A DNA stretch of 64,000 nt from a bacterium (GTDB taxonomy: Bacteria; UBA10199; 2-02-FULL-44-16; JAAZCA01). How positions within the stretch are numbered: the first letter of the stretch is position 1; every line of letters begins with the position of its first letter. Shown piece by piece: positions 11,222 to 23,300 of this stretch. Location: positions 480,001-544,000 of the forward strand of contig CAXXGI010000001.1 in NCBI GenBank assembly GCA_963674695.2, in the 5' to 3' direction. The translations under genes and the position numbers were made by a program. The notes beneath the pieces are model-generated. The model did not search any database, was not told where the DNA came from, and worked only from the letters and a program-made list of their open reading frames with translations.

Positions 11222-12046
11222 TTACCCGGCAATGCCCAGCATCTTGCGCGCCTCGGTGGGGCTGGCCACGGGGCGACCGACCTCTTCGGCCACGCGGGCG
11301 ATGCGGGCGACGAGCTGCGCGTTGGATGTGGCCAGTTCACCCTTCCGATAATAGATGTTGTCCTCGAAGCCGACGCGCACGAACCCGCCCATGGCGACGG
11401 CGATCACCGAGCACGGCAATTCATAGCGACCGATGCCGGCCACGCCCCAGGTGTCTTCGCGGTCGATCGAGTCGACCATGAACTGCAGATTGCGCGGCTC
11501 GCCGGAGAGCCCGCCGGGCACGCCGAGGACGAACTGATAGTGGATCGGATGTGCAATGATCCCCTGCCGGAGAAGGCTCTTCGCAATCTCGATGTGCCCC
11601 ACGTCGTAGACCTCGATTTCGGGCATCACGCCCAACGCGCGCATGCGCTCGGCCAGCGCGCGCACCTCCTGCGGCGCGTTCAGGAAGATATCGTCGCCGA
11701 AGTTCATCGACGCGATGTTGAGCGAGGCCATCTCGGGCTCGAGTTCGACAATCGGCGCCACGCGTTTTTCCATCGCCTCGCCGACCGCACCCCCCGTGGA
11801 GATCTGCACGATGGGCATGGGGCTGCACGCTGCGCGCACCGCGGTGATCGCCTGACGAAAATCGGCGAGCGCCTGCGAGGGCTTGCCCGCATCGTCGCGC
11901 ACATGCAGGTGAATGATGCTCGCGCCGGCGGCCACGCACGCAGCCGCATCCGCCGCCTGCTCCTCCGGCGTGACCGGCAGGTTGGGGTTCATTTCCTTGG
12001 TGGTCTCCGCACCCGTGATGGCGGCGGTAATGATGAGCGGCTGCAT
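11222..12046 (-). CDS. kce: 3-keto-5-aminohexanoate cleavage enzyme (BKACE/DUF849 family)
   Basis: LIITAAITG, NPNLPVTPEE, IIHLHVRD, QISTGG, VRVGFEDN; RBS aggagg before MQPL. Confidence 0.88.
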   Translation of the reverse strand: MQPLIITAAITGAETTKEMNPNLPVTPEEQAADAAACVAAGASIIHLHVRDDAGKPSQALADFRQAITAVRAACSPMPIVQISTGGAVGEAMEKRVAPIVELEPEMASLNIASMNFGDDIFLNAPQEVRALAERMRALGVMPEIEVYDVGHIEIAKSLLRQGIIAHPIHYQFVLGVPGGLSGEPRNLQFMVDSIDREDTWGVAGIGRYELPCSVIAVAMGGFVRVGFEDNIYYRKGELATSNAQLVARIARVAEEVGRPVASPTEARKMLGIAG

Positions 12047-12069
12047 GATTCCTCCTGTATTCATCGTCA

Positions 12070-12828
12070 TCAAGCGGGCTTGTGTCCGATGTAGAGCGGA
12101 TGGCTGGATTCGTATTTGAGGAAGCGCCCGCCGGCACAGTCGCCGAAGACGCGGATGTGCTCGAGGCCGCAGCTCTGCATGAGCGCAACGACCTCCTTCT
12201 TATCGTAGAGCCGCAGGCGATAGTTATAGCGTCGCGCCGAGTCGGTGCGTTCGTCGATGAAGACCGTCTGCACCTCGTTGTAGTTCGTCTTCTTGTCGAA
12301 CCGATATCCCTCCATGAGGAAGGTCCCGTTCTCATCGCGCCACTTCACGGGATCGGCGTTGCGCAGAAACCAGTCGCGGTTGACCAGGTGCAAGACGAGC
12401 TGCCCGCCGGGCTTGAGCGCATTGATGAGCTCATGCATGACGCGCATATTCTTCGCATCGGTAGAGAAATAGCCAAAGCTGGTGAAGAGGTTGAGGACCA
12501 CATCGAACTTCCCGCGAAAGGCCGCGAGATCGGCCATGTCACCCTGGCGCAGCTCGACCGGATAATCGCGACAATGCCCCATGGCCTTTTGCAGACACGT
12601 CTCGCTGATGTCGACGCCGGTCACGGCAAACCCCCGCCGCGCGAGCAGGGCCGTGTGCCGCCCGGTGCCGCAGGGCACATCGAGGATCTTCGCATTCGCG
12701 CGCAACTTGAGCATCTTGACGAGAAAGGCCACCTCGCGCTCGGCGAGCTTGTGAAAATCGGCCGAATCGATCGTGGCCGACGTGTACCAGTCGTCGTAGA
12801 TATGTCGGTGCCAGGCATCGGTAAGCAT
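12070..12828 (-). CDS. Class I SAM-dependent methyltransferase
   Basis: ILDVPCGTGRH, GVDIS, GDM, FDVVLNLFTSFGYF, LKPGG. Confidence 0.9.
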   Translation of the reverse strand: MLTDAWHRHIYDDWYTSATIDSADFHKLAEREVAFLVKMLKLRANAKILDVPCGTGRHTALLARRGFAVTGVDISETCLQKAMGHCRDYPVELRQGDMADLAAFRGKFDVVLNLFTSFGYFSTDAKNMRVMHELINALKPGGQLVLHLVNRDWFLRNADPVKWRDENGTFLMEGYRFDKKTNYNEVQTVFIDERTDSARRYNYRLRLYDKKEVVALMQSCGLEHIRVFGDCAGGRFLKYESSHPLYIGHKPA

Positions 12829-12862
12829 ATGGCCACCTAGAATAATCTCGCATTTCGAAGGG

Positions 12863-12937
12863 TGTCATCCCCGCGGGGGTCAGCGGGAATCTCGATTTCC
12901 CATGAACAGCGAGATTCCCGCTTTCGCGGGAATGACA
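12863..12937. repeat. REP-like palindromic dimer
   Basis: tgtcatccccgc..gcgggaatctcg...cgagattcccgctttcgcgggaatgaca. Confidence 0.8.
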
Positions 12938-13027
12938 AACAAGACACCATCTATAATGATAGGCCCGCAAAGTGGCAACGAAAATGTCAATTCAGGAAAG
13001 AAACCCGGAGAGGGCCATCAACACTGG

Positions 13028-14344
13028 CTATGGAGCAGGGATGAGATCGATGGTAACCCGTCGATTCTGCCGCCGACCATCGCGTGTTCTATTTGATTCG
13101 ATAGGCTGTCTCTCACCAAACGATTCAACCTGAACACGGTCATCCTGAACGCCCTTTTGATGGAGCATCTGAGAAACAGCGCGGGCACGCCTCAACCCTA
13201 ACTGATCATTATATTTTTCATCACCCACAGCATCCGTATACCCCTCAACCCGCGCATGCAGTCGCTCATCGCCTTCCATAACCTGAGCGATGCCATCAAC
13301 CTTCTTGCGGCCAGCTGGCGACATACCGTCATCATCAAATCCGAACAGGATAACTTCTCGAATCCATTCCACATTCTTGCGGACTCTCGCTCGGTTCTGC
13401 TGATTGCGCCAACGCCTTCCCCCATCAAATGAAATGGCAGCAAATGCCCGATATGCGGGCGAACCCAGGGCATCGGTCAAACCGCGTCCACCTCCGAGCT
13501 GCAATGAAATGCCATTTTTGAACTCTTTGGCAATTCCAGCATCAATTTCAATCGGCGTCATCAACTCCTGAAATGAATCCACCACGCTCTCCCCATAAAC
13601 AGATGCTACGATCTTCCATGATCGATTCTGAAACGGAAGCCGCACATCTCCGCCCAATCCAAAGACGAGACGATCATCATCGCTGATGCCCCATGACACG
13701 CCTCCGACCGTATTGCGCACCGTGGTCCTTGCCGCAATACGATACCCAACATTTGCAACAACCGATCCATGCGAAAAACCCTTATCGATGAGCAGCCGAA
13801 ATTCACCCGTGGGATCATTCCATCCGCTAAAATCACGTGTTTGCCCTGTCGGCACACTCAGCCGCCCTAACAATCCTATTCCGATTCGGCCTTCCCCATC
13901 TTGCAGCAGACGACCCTTCACATCGATGAGCAGATCCCCGACGCCAGCCGTTTGAAATGAACGCTGCGTATTGACGCTCATTCCCGTCTCATAGAATTGA
14001 ACCGGAACGATCAGACCAAAATCGAGGAAGTCGGTAAGACCGATGGCTCCGGTCATGTCAGCAAAAACCCATGCATCGACGATACGCGATCGTCTCCGAT
14101 TGACCGGATTGGCCGCTTCCGCCAACCCTCCCGCACCCTGAACGAACACCCCGAAAGCGGGCTTGAGATGCCCGAGCGTCTGCGTTCCCGTAAGTGAGAG
14201 AACGCCGCTTCCGTCACTCGCAGGATGAAAGGTATGAAGGTTGAAACCCGTAAGCGCGGTATCGCTCGCAAAGGCATCCGCATGCATGCAGAACAAACCC
14301 AGAAGTACTATCAAGAGGATAATGACGGCGCGTCTCGTCAACAT
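13028..14344 (-). CDS. OmpA-domain outer-membrane protein with N-terminal beta-barrel (myxobacterial TraB-like architecture)
   Basis: Signal peptide MLTRRAVII..AFA; amphipathic beta-strand region; C-terminal EGYTDAVG..NDQLGLRRA..GERQP..NRRV; start overlaps the upstream stop. Confidence 0.85.
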   Translation of the reverse strand: MLTRRAVIILLIVLLGLFCMHADAFASDTALTGFNLHTFHPASDGSGVLSLTGTQTLGHLKPAFGVFVQGAGGLAEAANPVNRRRSRIVDAWVFADMTGAIGLTDFLDFGLIVPVQFYETGMSVNTQRSFQTAGVGDLLIDVKGRLLQDGEGRIGIGLLGRLSVPTGQTRDFSGWNDPTGEFRLLIDKGFSHGSVVANVGYRIAARTTVRNTVGGVSWGISDDDRLVFGLGGDVRLPFQNRSWKIVASVYGESVVDSFQELMTPIEIDAGIAKEFKNGISLQLGGGRGLTDALGSPAYRAFAAISFDGGRRWRNQQNRARVRKNVEWIREVILFGFDDDGMSPAGRKKVDGIAQVMEGDERLHARVEGYTDAVGDEKYNDQLGLRRARAVSQMLHQKGVQDDRVQVESFGERQPIESNRTRDGRRQNRRVTIDLIPAP

Positions 14345-17300
14345 GAATTTCGCCCTCGTATATTCGCTCGGCGCAGAACAAAAACCCCAAGGATGAGACC
14401 GAACAGGCAAAGCCACATAACGCCCGACACAGAGCGACCGTCTTCACAGAGAGAACACCCGGCCCCTCCGCCACCACCGGCGAATTGCGTTGGATTCGTA
14501 TCGTCGAGCGGATCGTTCGGGTCGGTCTCACCCGAATCGACACGACCGTTGGCATTTCGATCCTCCTCGCCATCCTTCAAGCCACCGCCGTCCGTATCAG
14601 CACTGGCCATATTCGTCGTCGTCTGCGAATCTTCATCGGCAACAAACGCCTCGCTATCCTCATCGGTTGCCTTGATCGGACCAAAACCGTCCGGATCAAC
14701 CGCAGGCTCCGTCAAGCCGAACTCTAAACCGTCGGCAAGGCCATCTCCATCGCTGTCCGTATCGAGGGCGTTGATGAACCCATCGCCATCCGAATCTTCA
14801 AGTGCTGCAATCTCTTGGCCATCCAGAACGCCGTCATCATCGGTATCGGCATCATACGGATCGGTGCCCGCATCATTTTCGGTATCGTCCGAGAGTCCGT
14901 CGCCATCGGCATCAACAACCGAGACATCCATCGCCACATCCTCAACATCCAGCTCGAAGCTCGCAGCCTGCAGCGCTTCGACGAGCTCGGCCAAATCCCG
15001 GTAGAGCGTTTTCACACGTGAGCGATCCAAAACGGAGAGGGCATCCATCGTATCCAACACGATGAGCAACCTCACCTCATGCGACGGCTCACCACGCGCA
15101 GACTCCCACCGCCCGATGAGGCCTTCCAGGAACGCCGACGCCTCAGGCGGAAGATCGTGGGCATCGCGCAGAGCTGCCAAACCCTCGGCACATCGCTGCC
15201 ACAGGTCCGCCCATGTGGGGCCAACCTCCTGGAAAAAGGATATGACCGTCGTATCGGAGAGACCATTATACCAGCTCGTCTGTCGGGTCAGAAGAATCCG
15301 AACAGCATCCCCAGTCGCCGGCATTCGCAGCGTATACACCGCCTCTCGTCTCACGCCAGGAGTAAGATCGAATATCCATGATTCAGATCGATGAGAATCG
15401 TCCCCATCACTCCCCACAAAAGACATGCCGGAGGGAATGCCAGGAAGAAGCCGAACTTGTGCCGCACGATCAGATGCGGCGGCCGAGATCACGAGCGAGA
15501 TGACTTCACCGGGCGAGAGGCTCTCCTCCGTCTGCACGAGTTGCGCAAAAATCTCTTCCCACATCGTGTCCCAATTCGCCTCGAACTCGCCCGCATGTCG
15601 TGTAAGATCCTCTCCATCACCGTCTTTTTCATCAGGCACAAATGAATCCGCCCACACCTTGAGATTCACGCCGACAAAAAGAAGCGAACCATCTCCATAT
15701 TCACGACTTCCAACGACGGTATCGCCTCCGACATGGCTGCACAAACTTGATATTCCAGAAAAGGAACGAATGTTCGATGAAAGCGGAGCGGATACATATT
15801 CCTTCCCCGCGACATTCGCGATCATCTCAATCGGCCCATCGTCGGATGCATCGAGCGTTGCCGTCTGAACACCACCGACCCGATCGAGCATGCGCGTCCA
15901 TTCGACACCCTCGATCGCAAAGGCACTCGCTGTCAGCATCAGCACATCGCCTTTGTAGATGCGCGCGGCAAGTTCACGCAGCACCTGATTATTGAAAGCC
16001 GTGCTCTCGATCTCATGCGTGCCGTTCGGGCTATTGAAGACAAAGACGTTAAACGCGTCGCTGCGCATGCCCCTTTGGAATGAAACCAGGTCCTGCACAG
16101 CCCGAAATCCCCACGCATGATTCTCCGCAAGACGCCTCAGTTCCGCCACCTCGGCATCGCTCGTAGTGTCATCGGTAAACGAGAGAACCAAAATGCGCGG
16201 ATCATCCTTTCGTGCCAGACTCCCCTCTATATCCAAAAGCTCGACATGGCGTTCGCGTGAGGACTCGATATGCCCAAGATAATCCGTACTGCGATGCGAA
16301 ATGACGTGCGCCCCCGGCGCGAGATCACGCAACTCGAATGGTGTTTCATACGATTCCCACGTTCCATCGTCGATCGCATATTCAACCGTGGAGACACCAA
16401 CGATATCGTCGGACGCACTCAACCGCACGGCGGTCGAGGGTGTCACCAGCTGGTCTTCGCCCGCTGCCTGCTGGCTCAACTCGAGAGTACTGGACGGCGC
16501 ATTATTGTCGACCGTCACCGAAAGTTCACGCTCCTCGCGATTCTCGAACTGGTCGATCGCCAAATATCGAATGGCGTGCCCGCCCGCATCGGCAATCCGG
16601 AATGACGGCGCCGCCAGTTCAGCAACGCCTTCAGAAAAGACGGTGACGCGCCCGGCACCATCAAGGCGATGTTCAAGATAGACGACATCCGGCACATTAC
16701 TCTCCGCCCGAACCTGAATGGGGGTCGTGCGATCGATAAAGATCTGCCGACCGCGTCGATATTGGGGTGAACCGATATCAACGCTCGTCCAGGGCGGAAC
16801 AGCATGGAGAACAAACCGAACCTCCTGTTCGCTCTCCGTATTTCCAACCGCATCCTGCGACCAGAATCGCGCCACATGCTCGCCGTCGCCGATGTTCCCC
16901 AACGCTCTCGGCGCGCTCAGATCGTACTGAACGGGTGGCGATTCCAAACGCATGTAGGAATGCGCAACGCCGGATCCCGCATCCGACGCTTGCAGGTTGA
17001 CAAGCGTCGCCGTACCGGACCAGTGAGGGACACCATCGACGCGCTGTTCGATTCCCTCCACCTGCAGCTGACTTACCGGCGGTACATCGTCGAGGATAAG
17101 ACGATGGGCCTTTGGCTCCTCTTCGTTCCCAGCTGAATCGACCGCGCGATGATCGAGGTCGTGAACACCCGGCACCGCCAATCCAAATGACTCCGCATAG
17201 GCTTGCCACTCCGATCCATCCAACCGATATTCGATGCGCCCGATCGATCCGGCCAAGTCGCTTGCCGCGATGAGCATCCGCGTTGTCGGGCCCACCCAGC

Positions 17301-20300
17301 GCTCCTGCGCCTGTTCCAACGTCGGACCCATGACGACCAGTCGCGAGGTCGGCGCCCCCGCATCGAGCGACAGTTCTCCCGTATCCGCCACTGATACATT
17401 CCCCGCCGCATCGGCAACCGTGAAGGCATAGCGATAGCCCCCATCCAGCGCCCGCGCGCGAAACCGATTCAATCCGTCCCAGAGAAACGCATGATCATTG
17501 GGTGGTGTAACGATCGACTGGGGAAGGGCAACAACCTCCTGCTCGCCGGCAAAGAGAGAGAATCTTGCCGCCATCGCCTGCGGCGCTCCATGGTCCGTCG
17601 TCTCGTAGGAGATCCGCACCCCATTCCCTTCGCGCGCAACACCTGTCACCGCAACCGCAGGGGCAAGCGTGTCCACGCGAATTTCACCCACCAGCGGCGT
17701 TGCCGCGACGCTCGCGCCATCGCTCACGTCGATGCGATACGCATAGACACCATCGGCGGCCTCATGTTCGCCAAACCGGCCATCCCAGCGCAGAACGATC
17801 TCATTGGCCTCGCCCTCGAATCGGTCCACCTCGACATCGGCGATATGAAGCGTCGCCTGCAGCGCCCCGCCGAAAGCGCTCGTCACGCGAATATGATACA
17901 CCGCCTCGTCCTGGCGACCATCTGCATTAGGCGAAAAAGCCGGCGTCTCTTCGACGAGGAGAAGCTGAGGCTTCGGCACATCATAGGCGATGATCCGCTC
18001 CGTCGGCATCTCCGCATTCCCAACGCGATCGACGGCACGGACGGCGAGCACAACCTCATCCCGACCCTCGCGCGCGATCCCAAACGGCTGTTCATATCGC
18101 GTCCAGTCCCCTTCATCGATGCGATACTCGATGCGATCGACGCCCGCGGGAACGAGTCCTCCATCCTCCGCCGCACAGGAAAACTGCGTCGCATCGGTGG
18201 CGAGGATCCTTCCCGCCGCCTCCGCAGAGGACCCGAGCACTTCGATGGTGGAGGTGGGAGCCGTGCTATCCAGAACGAGCGGTTGCGCGTGCGCACTCTC
18301 GGCCAAACCGAAGAAGTCGATCCCAAAGAACTCGATCTCATAGACACCCTCGGAGTTCACCCCGAGCGTCACGGGAGCTGAGTAGACCTGATAATCCTCA
18401 TCATTGATCCGATAACGAATCTGATGCGTCTCACTCGAACCCTCCGCCGCAACGATCGCAATCGGCGTTTCGGGACCGACCGTTATCTCGTGTCCATTGT
18501 CCGCATGCGGTTCCCCAACGGAAAGCAGCGTCTCCACCGAGGTTGAGCCACCTCCCGGCTGATCCGGATCGACGATGGAGATGAACACGGTCTGGACCGC
18601 CTCCTGATTCCCTTGATCGTCTTCGGAAAAACAGGAAAACGCATGTCGTCCAGGCGATAACGCCTCGAGCGCAATAATCCCTTCATATTCCTGATAGTCA
18701 CCCTCATCCCAACGGAAGGAGATCGTTCGAATCGCATCCGCGCGCTCAGTGGCATCTTCGACCACCAGCATCAGCTCGCTCTCGGGCGGAACGACCGCCA
18801 GTGCGCCTGGCTCAACGAGCTGCTCGTTGACGACGATCTGTGTGTGCGGTGCGGCGTTGTCGACCACAACGCTTACGGCCGCCTCAGCCTGCTGGCCGGA
18901 GTTTGTTCGCGCCACGGCTCGAATCCAACGCGCGCCATCGGCCCCATCGGAATTCCAGGAAAAATCAAACACATCTGAAGTCCCTGAGAAGATCGTCTCT
19001 TCATGATCCTCTTCATCGGATACCGTCACGACGAGCGAATCGATCGGATCATCATCATCCACACCGCTCACACTGCCCGCCACATGAACGTCACCGTTCA
19101 CAACAGCATTCTCTCCGGGGGCATCGAGCGTTAAGCGCGGATAGCCGTCGTCCTCGCGCATAACGAGATAACGCGAGAAGTGATTGAGCAACCCCGAGAT
19201 CCGGAAGAGGTCGTCCCCCGTTCCGGGGGTTCCCTGATCATCCCAGGTATTGATCGTCGCGAGCTGCTCCAGCTCACCGTCCTCTTTGAGATTGTAGAGG
19301 GCCATCACCGGCACATCGGCGGCGGTGATGCCATAGACGTAATCGCGCACATCCTGCGGCTCCTGTGCATAGAGCGTCTCGATCTCGGCGCGCGTGAAAA
19401 AGACCTCGAGCTGCGGCTGATAGATGGGGTTGAGCTCGATGTCGTCCGGCTTGATCTCGATGACCGGCCCCACCGGCGCAATGCCGCTCGGAAGATAGAA
19501 GCCCGGCGTGTCCATCGGCACCGGCGTCACTGTCACCAACTCCTCAGCGCCGGAGTCACACGGATAGGGCCCCTCCTCCGGGCAGAGGCTGTTCTCGTCG
19601 AAGTGAATCGCATAGCGTCCATAGGGCGAACGGACGACGGAATATTCCCCCATGTGCACCGGCGTTCCGATATCCACATCCATCGTGTCTTCGCTGGCCA
19701 CGGCATCGGCATCATCATAGGTGCGCAACACCACCGTAAAGCTGCGCCCGTTGAGGCGCGAGACGTCCCACCAGGCGAGCGTCCCGCTGCGCGCACCGTT
19801 ACCCTCCGCAATGCGCCGCCAGGCATTGGCGCCCGCATCGAAGAAACGCAGCTCCCACCGCGTGCCGACCACCTGCCCCCGGATCTCGATCAGACGCTTT
19901 GGCGCTGCATCCGGCTTCAAACGCAGGGCAAAGCGATCCTCAACATTCTTATTGCTCTCCGTTACTCCATCCCCGTTCACATCGCGCGTGCCGTCGGAAT
20001 GGACGAGCAGATCGATCACATCGAACGCATCATTGACGCTCCCATCCGGATAGCGCAGATCGATCGTCCATTCATTGATATGGACAACATCCGAAAAGGA
20101 ATAGAAGAGCGGATGATTCGCGATGGGATAGGCGGCATATACCGAGAACGGATCCGTCTCGAGTCGAAAGGCGTCGCTGTTGACATCCTCAACCGATCCC
20201 ACGATGCAGCGTTTCGCGGCCGTCTGAACACCGGTGTCGCGCGTGCCGTTGATGTACTTCACGCCGTCGAAGAGACAGGGGTTTGAAGCGAGGTTGGTGT

Positions 20301-23300
20301 CGTCGCCGGTCTGAAACTGGGCCGGGAGGATATCGACATACATCTGACCGCCTGCCCCGGGGGCGGATGCGCTTCCCAGCCACCCCTGGATCAAGCCGTC
20401 GATATTCAGATATCCATCGCCGCTTGACCTCTCATGATTCTCGCCATTGATGCGCGGCGTGAAGGTCAATTTATAATCATCCACCTGGCTCGATATGATG
20501 TTAGAACCGCCGGAACTGGTCGCCCCGGAATACGCCGATGTATACATGGACCCAGGATATTGGCGTGAGTCGATAAATCCGCTCCCGGAAGAGGCAAACC
20601 AACCCCAGGGTCGAGTCCCCTGCTTTCGTGCATCCGCCCAGAGTTTGACGCTCCCGCAGGTGACGGAGACGATGGCGCCTGCCCCCCCAAACGTTGGAGC
20701 CGTCCACTCCGGCCAGGAAGCACAGTACTGCTGTGTCGTATAGCCCTGTGGATTGCCGCGATCGCATCCCTCAAAAGGGCGCGGACTCGTCGTCGGATTC
20801 TGCGCATACCCCATCGCCGTACACGGAGCGAGGTTCGTCCCGCGCGTACAGCCGTTCATAATGATCTGCTGATCCGCACTGGACAGCGCCCCTTTGGGCC
20901 GCCCCTGCAGGCGAAACGTCACATTGACGGAAGCACCGCTATCGACGGACTGTGTAAATTCAAACGGCCCCTCGTGCATTTGACTGTATCCATCAGATCC
21001 CGTCACCTCGAGCTGAATCGCGCCCGGTATGCTGAGTGACTTCACGCCGTATTGCTTTATCTGAAAGCCGTCCGTGAAGGAGAGCCCCGCAGTCGTCGTA
21101 TAGTTCTGCGCCATCTGGTGTTCCCACTGCGTGCAGACGTTGGCTTGACCGGGGTAGGGATTCTGATCGTAATACACCTTAAACAAGGGCACGTTCTCCG
21201 GCGTGACAGTCGTCTCCTTGTACTCGTCTTCATACCACTCTTCCGTACCCCTCGCCTCAATCTCGTACGTGAAGGGAACGCGCACATATCCCTTCCCCGC
21301 CGCGCGCCAGGAGAAGTCGGCCGAACCGTTCAGCGGAAAGTCGTTGAGCACATCGGCATCGTCGCGCAAAATGCCCGCCCGCTGATCGGGTGTGTCGCCG
21401 GAGACCTGTTCATCGCCGATGAGCATGGAGATGTCGGCTGCAAGCCCCCCGCCGCCGATGGCCAGCGCACGCACTTCAACTCCCGCGGAATCTTCGACCA
21501 GATCGGTGCAGCCCGTATCGATGCACTCGCCACGGATGCGCACCGTAAAATCTCGCCCAGACGCCACCACACGACCGCGGTCGTCGGCGCCGTTCCAGGA
21601 GACGATCCCCTCTTTATCGATGATCCCATTCGTGATGGTGCGCACCACCTCGCCATCTCCGTCGACGATGTCGATGAAGAGGCGTGCATACCGGTTGAAC
21701 TGATAGGCGATCGAGAGCTCTTCAGCCAGAACATCCTGCCCGTTCTCGTCGGTGATGAAGTCGAACGGATCGAAGACGTCGCTCGAGAGCGCAAACGAAA
21801 GCAATGCTAATCCGGTGTTATATTCAGTGGCCACATCCATTCGGATGTCTTCGGTCGTGGCCACATCACCGCCGGTGCCATCGACCGCACTCGCGGTGAT
21901 CCGCGCGCGATAGCGCCCAACGTCGACGCGACGGTTGAGGTTGTCCTTTCCATTCCAAGTAAAATGATACGCCCCCGGCGCACTCGCCCCCATGGCAAAA
22001 CTCGCCACAACCGGACCCACCTCTCCGCCGTCAGCACGATAGAGAGCGATCGAAATATCGGAGGTCTCGTTCTGTAGCGTATAGGCGATCTCGGACTGCG
22101 GATCGGTGGTGGTGATTCGCGCCGGCTGCACGGAGAGGCCGGTGAGGACCGGCCCGACATTCTCCGGATCGGTCGGATCGGTCGCCGGGTCGTTCGGATC
22201 ATACGGTGTACCCGGCGCTACGTTTCGCACCTGCACGACGACCGAATCGAAGCTGATGCGCTCGGGCACATTGCCGCTTCCATCGATCACCTTGAGCAGA
22301 ATCGTATAGAGTCCATTCGGTGTGACCGCCATATCGCTCGCGTCCCAATGGGCGAGCAACCCATGCTGCACGGGGCGCACCGAGACATTGGCACTCGGAT
22401 AGGCATCATCGGCCGGCTCGCGCGCTACATCATCGGGAGACTGATGCTGAATTGGCACGGGGACGCCGGACCAAGCCGACCCCGCATCCCCCGCGTGAAG
22501 CGCCTCATCTTCATCCACCAGCCACGCGCCAGGCCGCACATAGACCTTGTAGGCGAGAAAGTCGAAGTTGTCGTTCCCTTCACCGATGTTCGGGTCGGTC
22601 GCAATGCCGCGAATGCCGACCATCCCGTGGACGGTCGGGTAGCGCTCATCCTCCTCGTCGGCATCGATGGGCGCATCGATCTCAGCGCGCACGCCAAAGA
22701 CGATGAGCGGCGCGTTCACACGCGAGGTGAGCCCCAGGTCATTGGTGGCGCTGAGCTGAACGAAATAGAGCCCCTTGGGGAGCGCCACATCATCGTTTTC
22801 GGTGACCGTCCCCTGGGTGTTCACGCCGTCGATCGCAATCGCATTGCGCCCCTCCGCCTGGCGTTCATCCTCCGCCACCCGATAGATTCGATTTCCCGCC
22901 GCATCGAGCAAGTCGACGGTTACAGCCGCCTCGGTGGAGAGGAGATAACGAATCTCGGCCTCCTCGTTGTGGCCGTCACCATTGGGCGTGATGAGCTTGG
23001 GCAGGACCGCCACGTCCTCGATGCGCGTGATGGGCATCTCCATCTCGGCGAGCACCCGGTCATAGACATGCACGTTCTCGCCGAGCGTCAGTTCGACGAA
23101 ACGCTCGCGCGAGACCTTATAGACCGCCGTCTGATCCCAGCCCGAGACCGAGGTCAGAAGCCCCTCATAGAGGTCGAAGGCCACGACACCCGTATCGAGG
23201 GCATCGCCCGCCTCGTAGGGCATGCGCCAACTCCACCGCCGCACGCGCGTCCCGTCCGGATGCACGGCATGCACCGAGCGATCGGCGAGCAGGACGATCA

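Noticed and set aside
11222-12828. kce plus methyltransferase as a novel pathway
   Set aside because: Both are common families, and nothing here supports a functional link beyond adjacency
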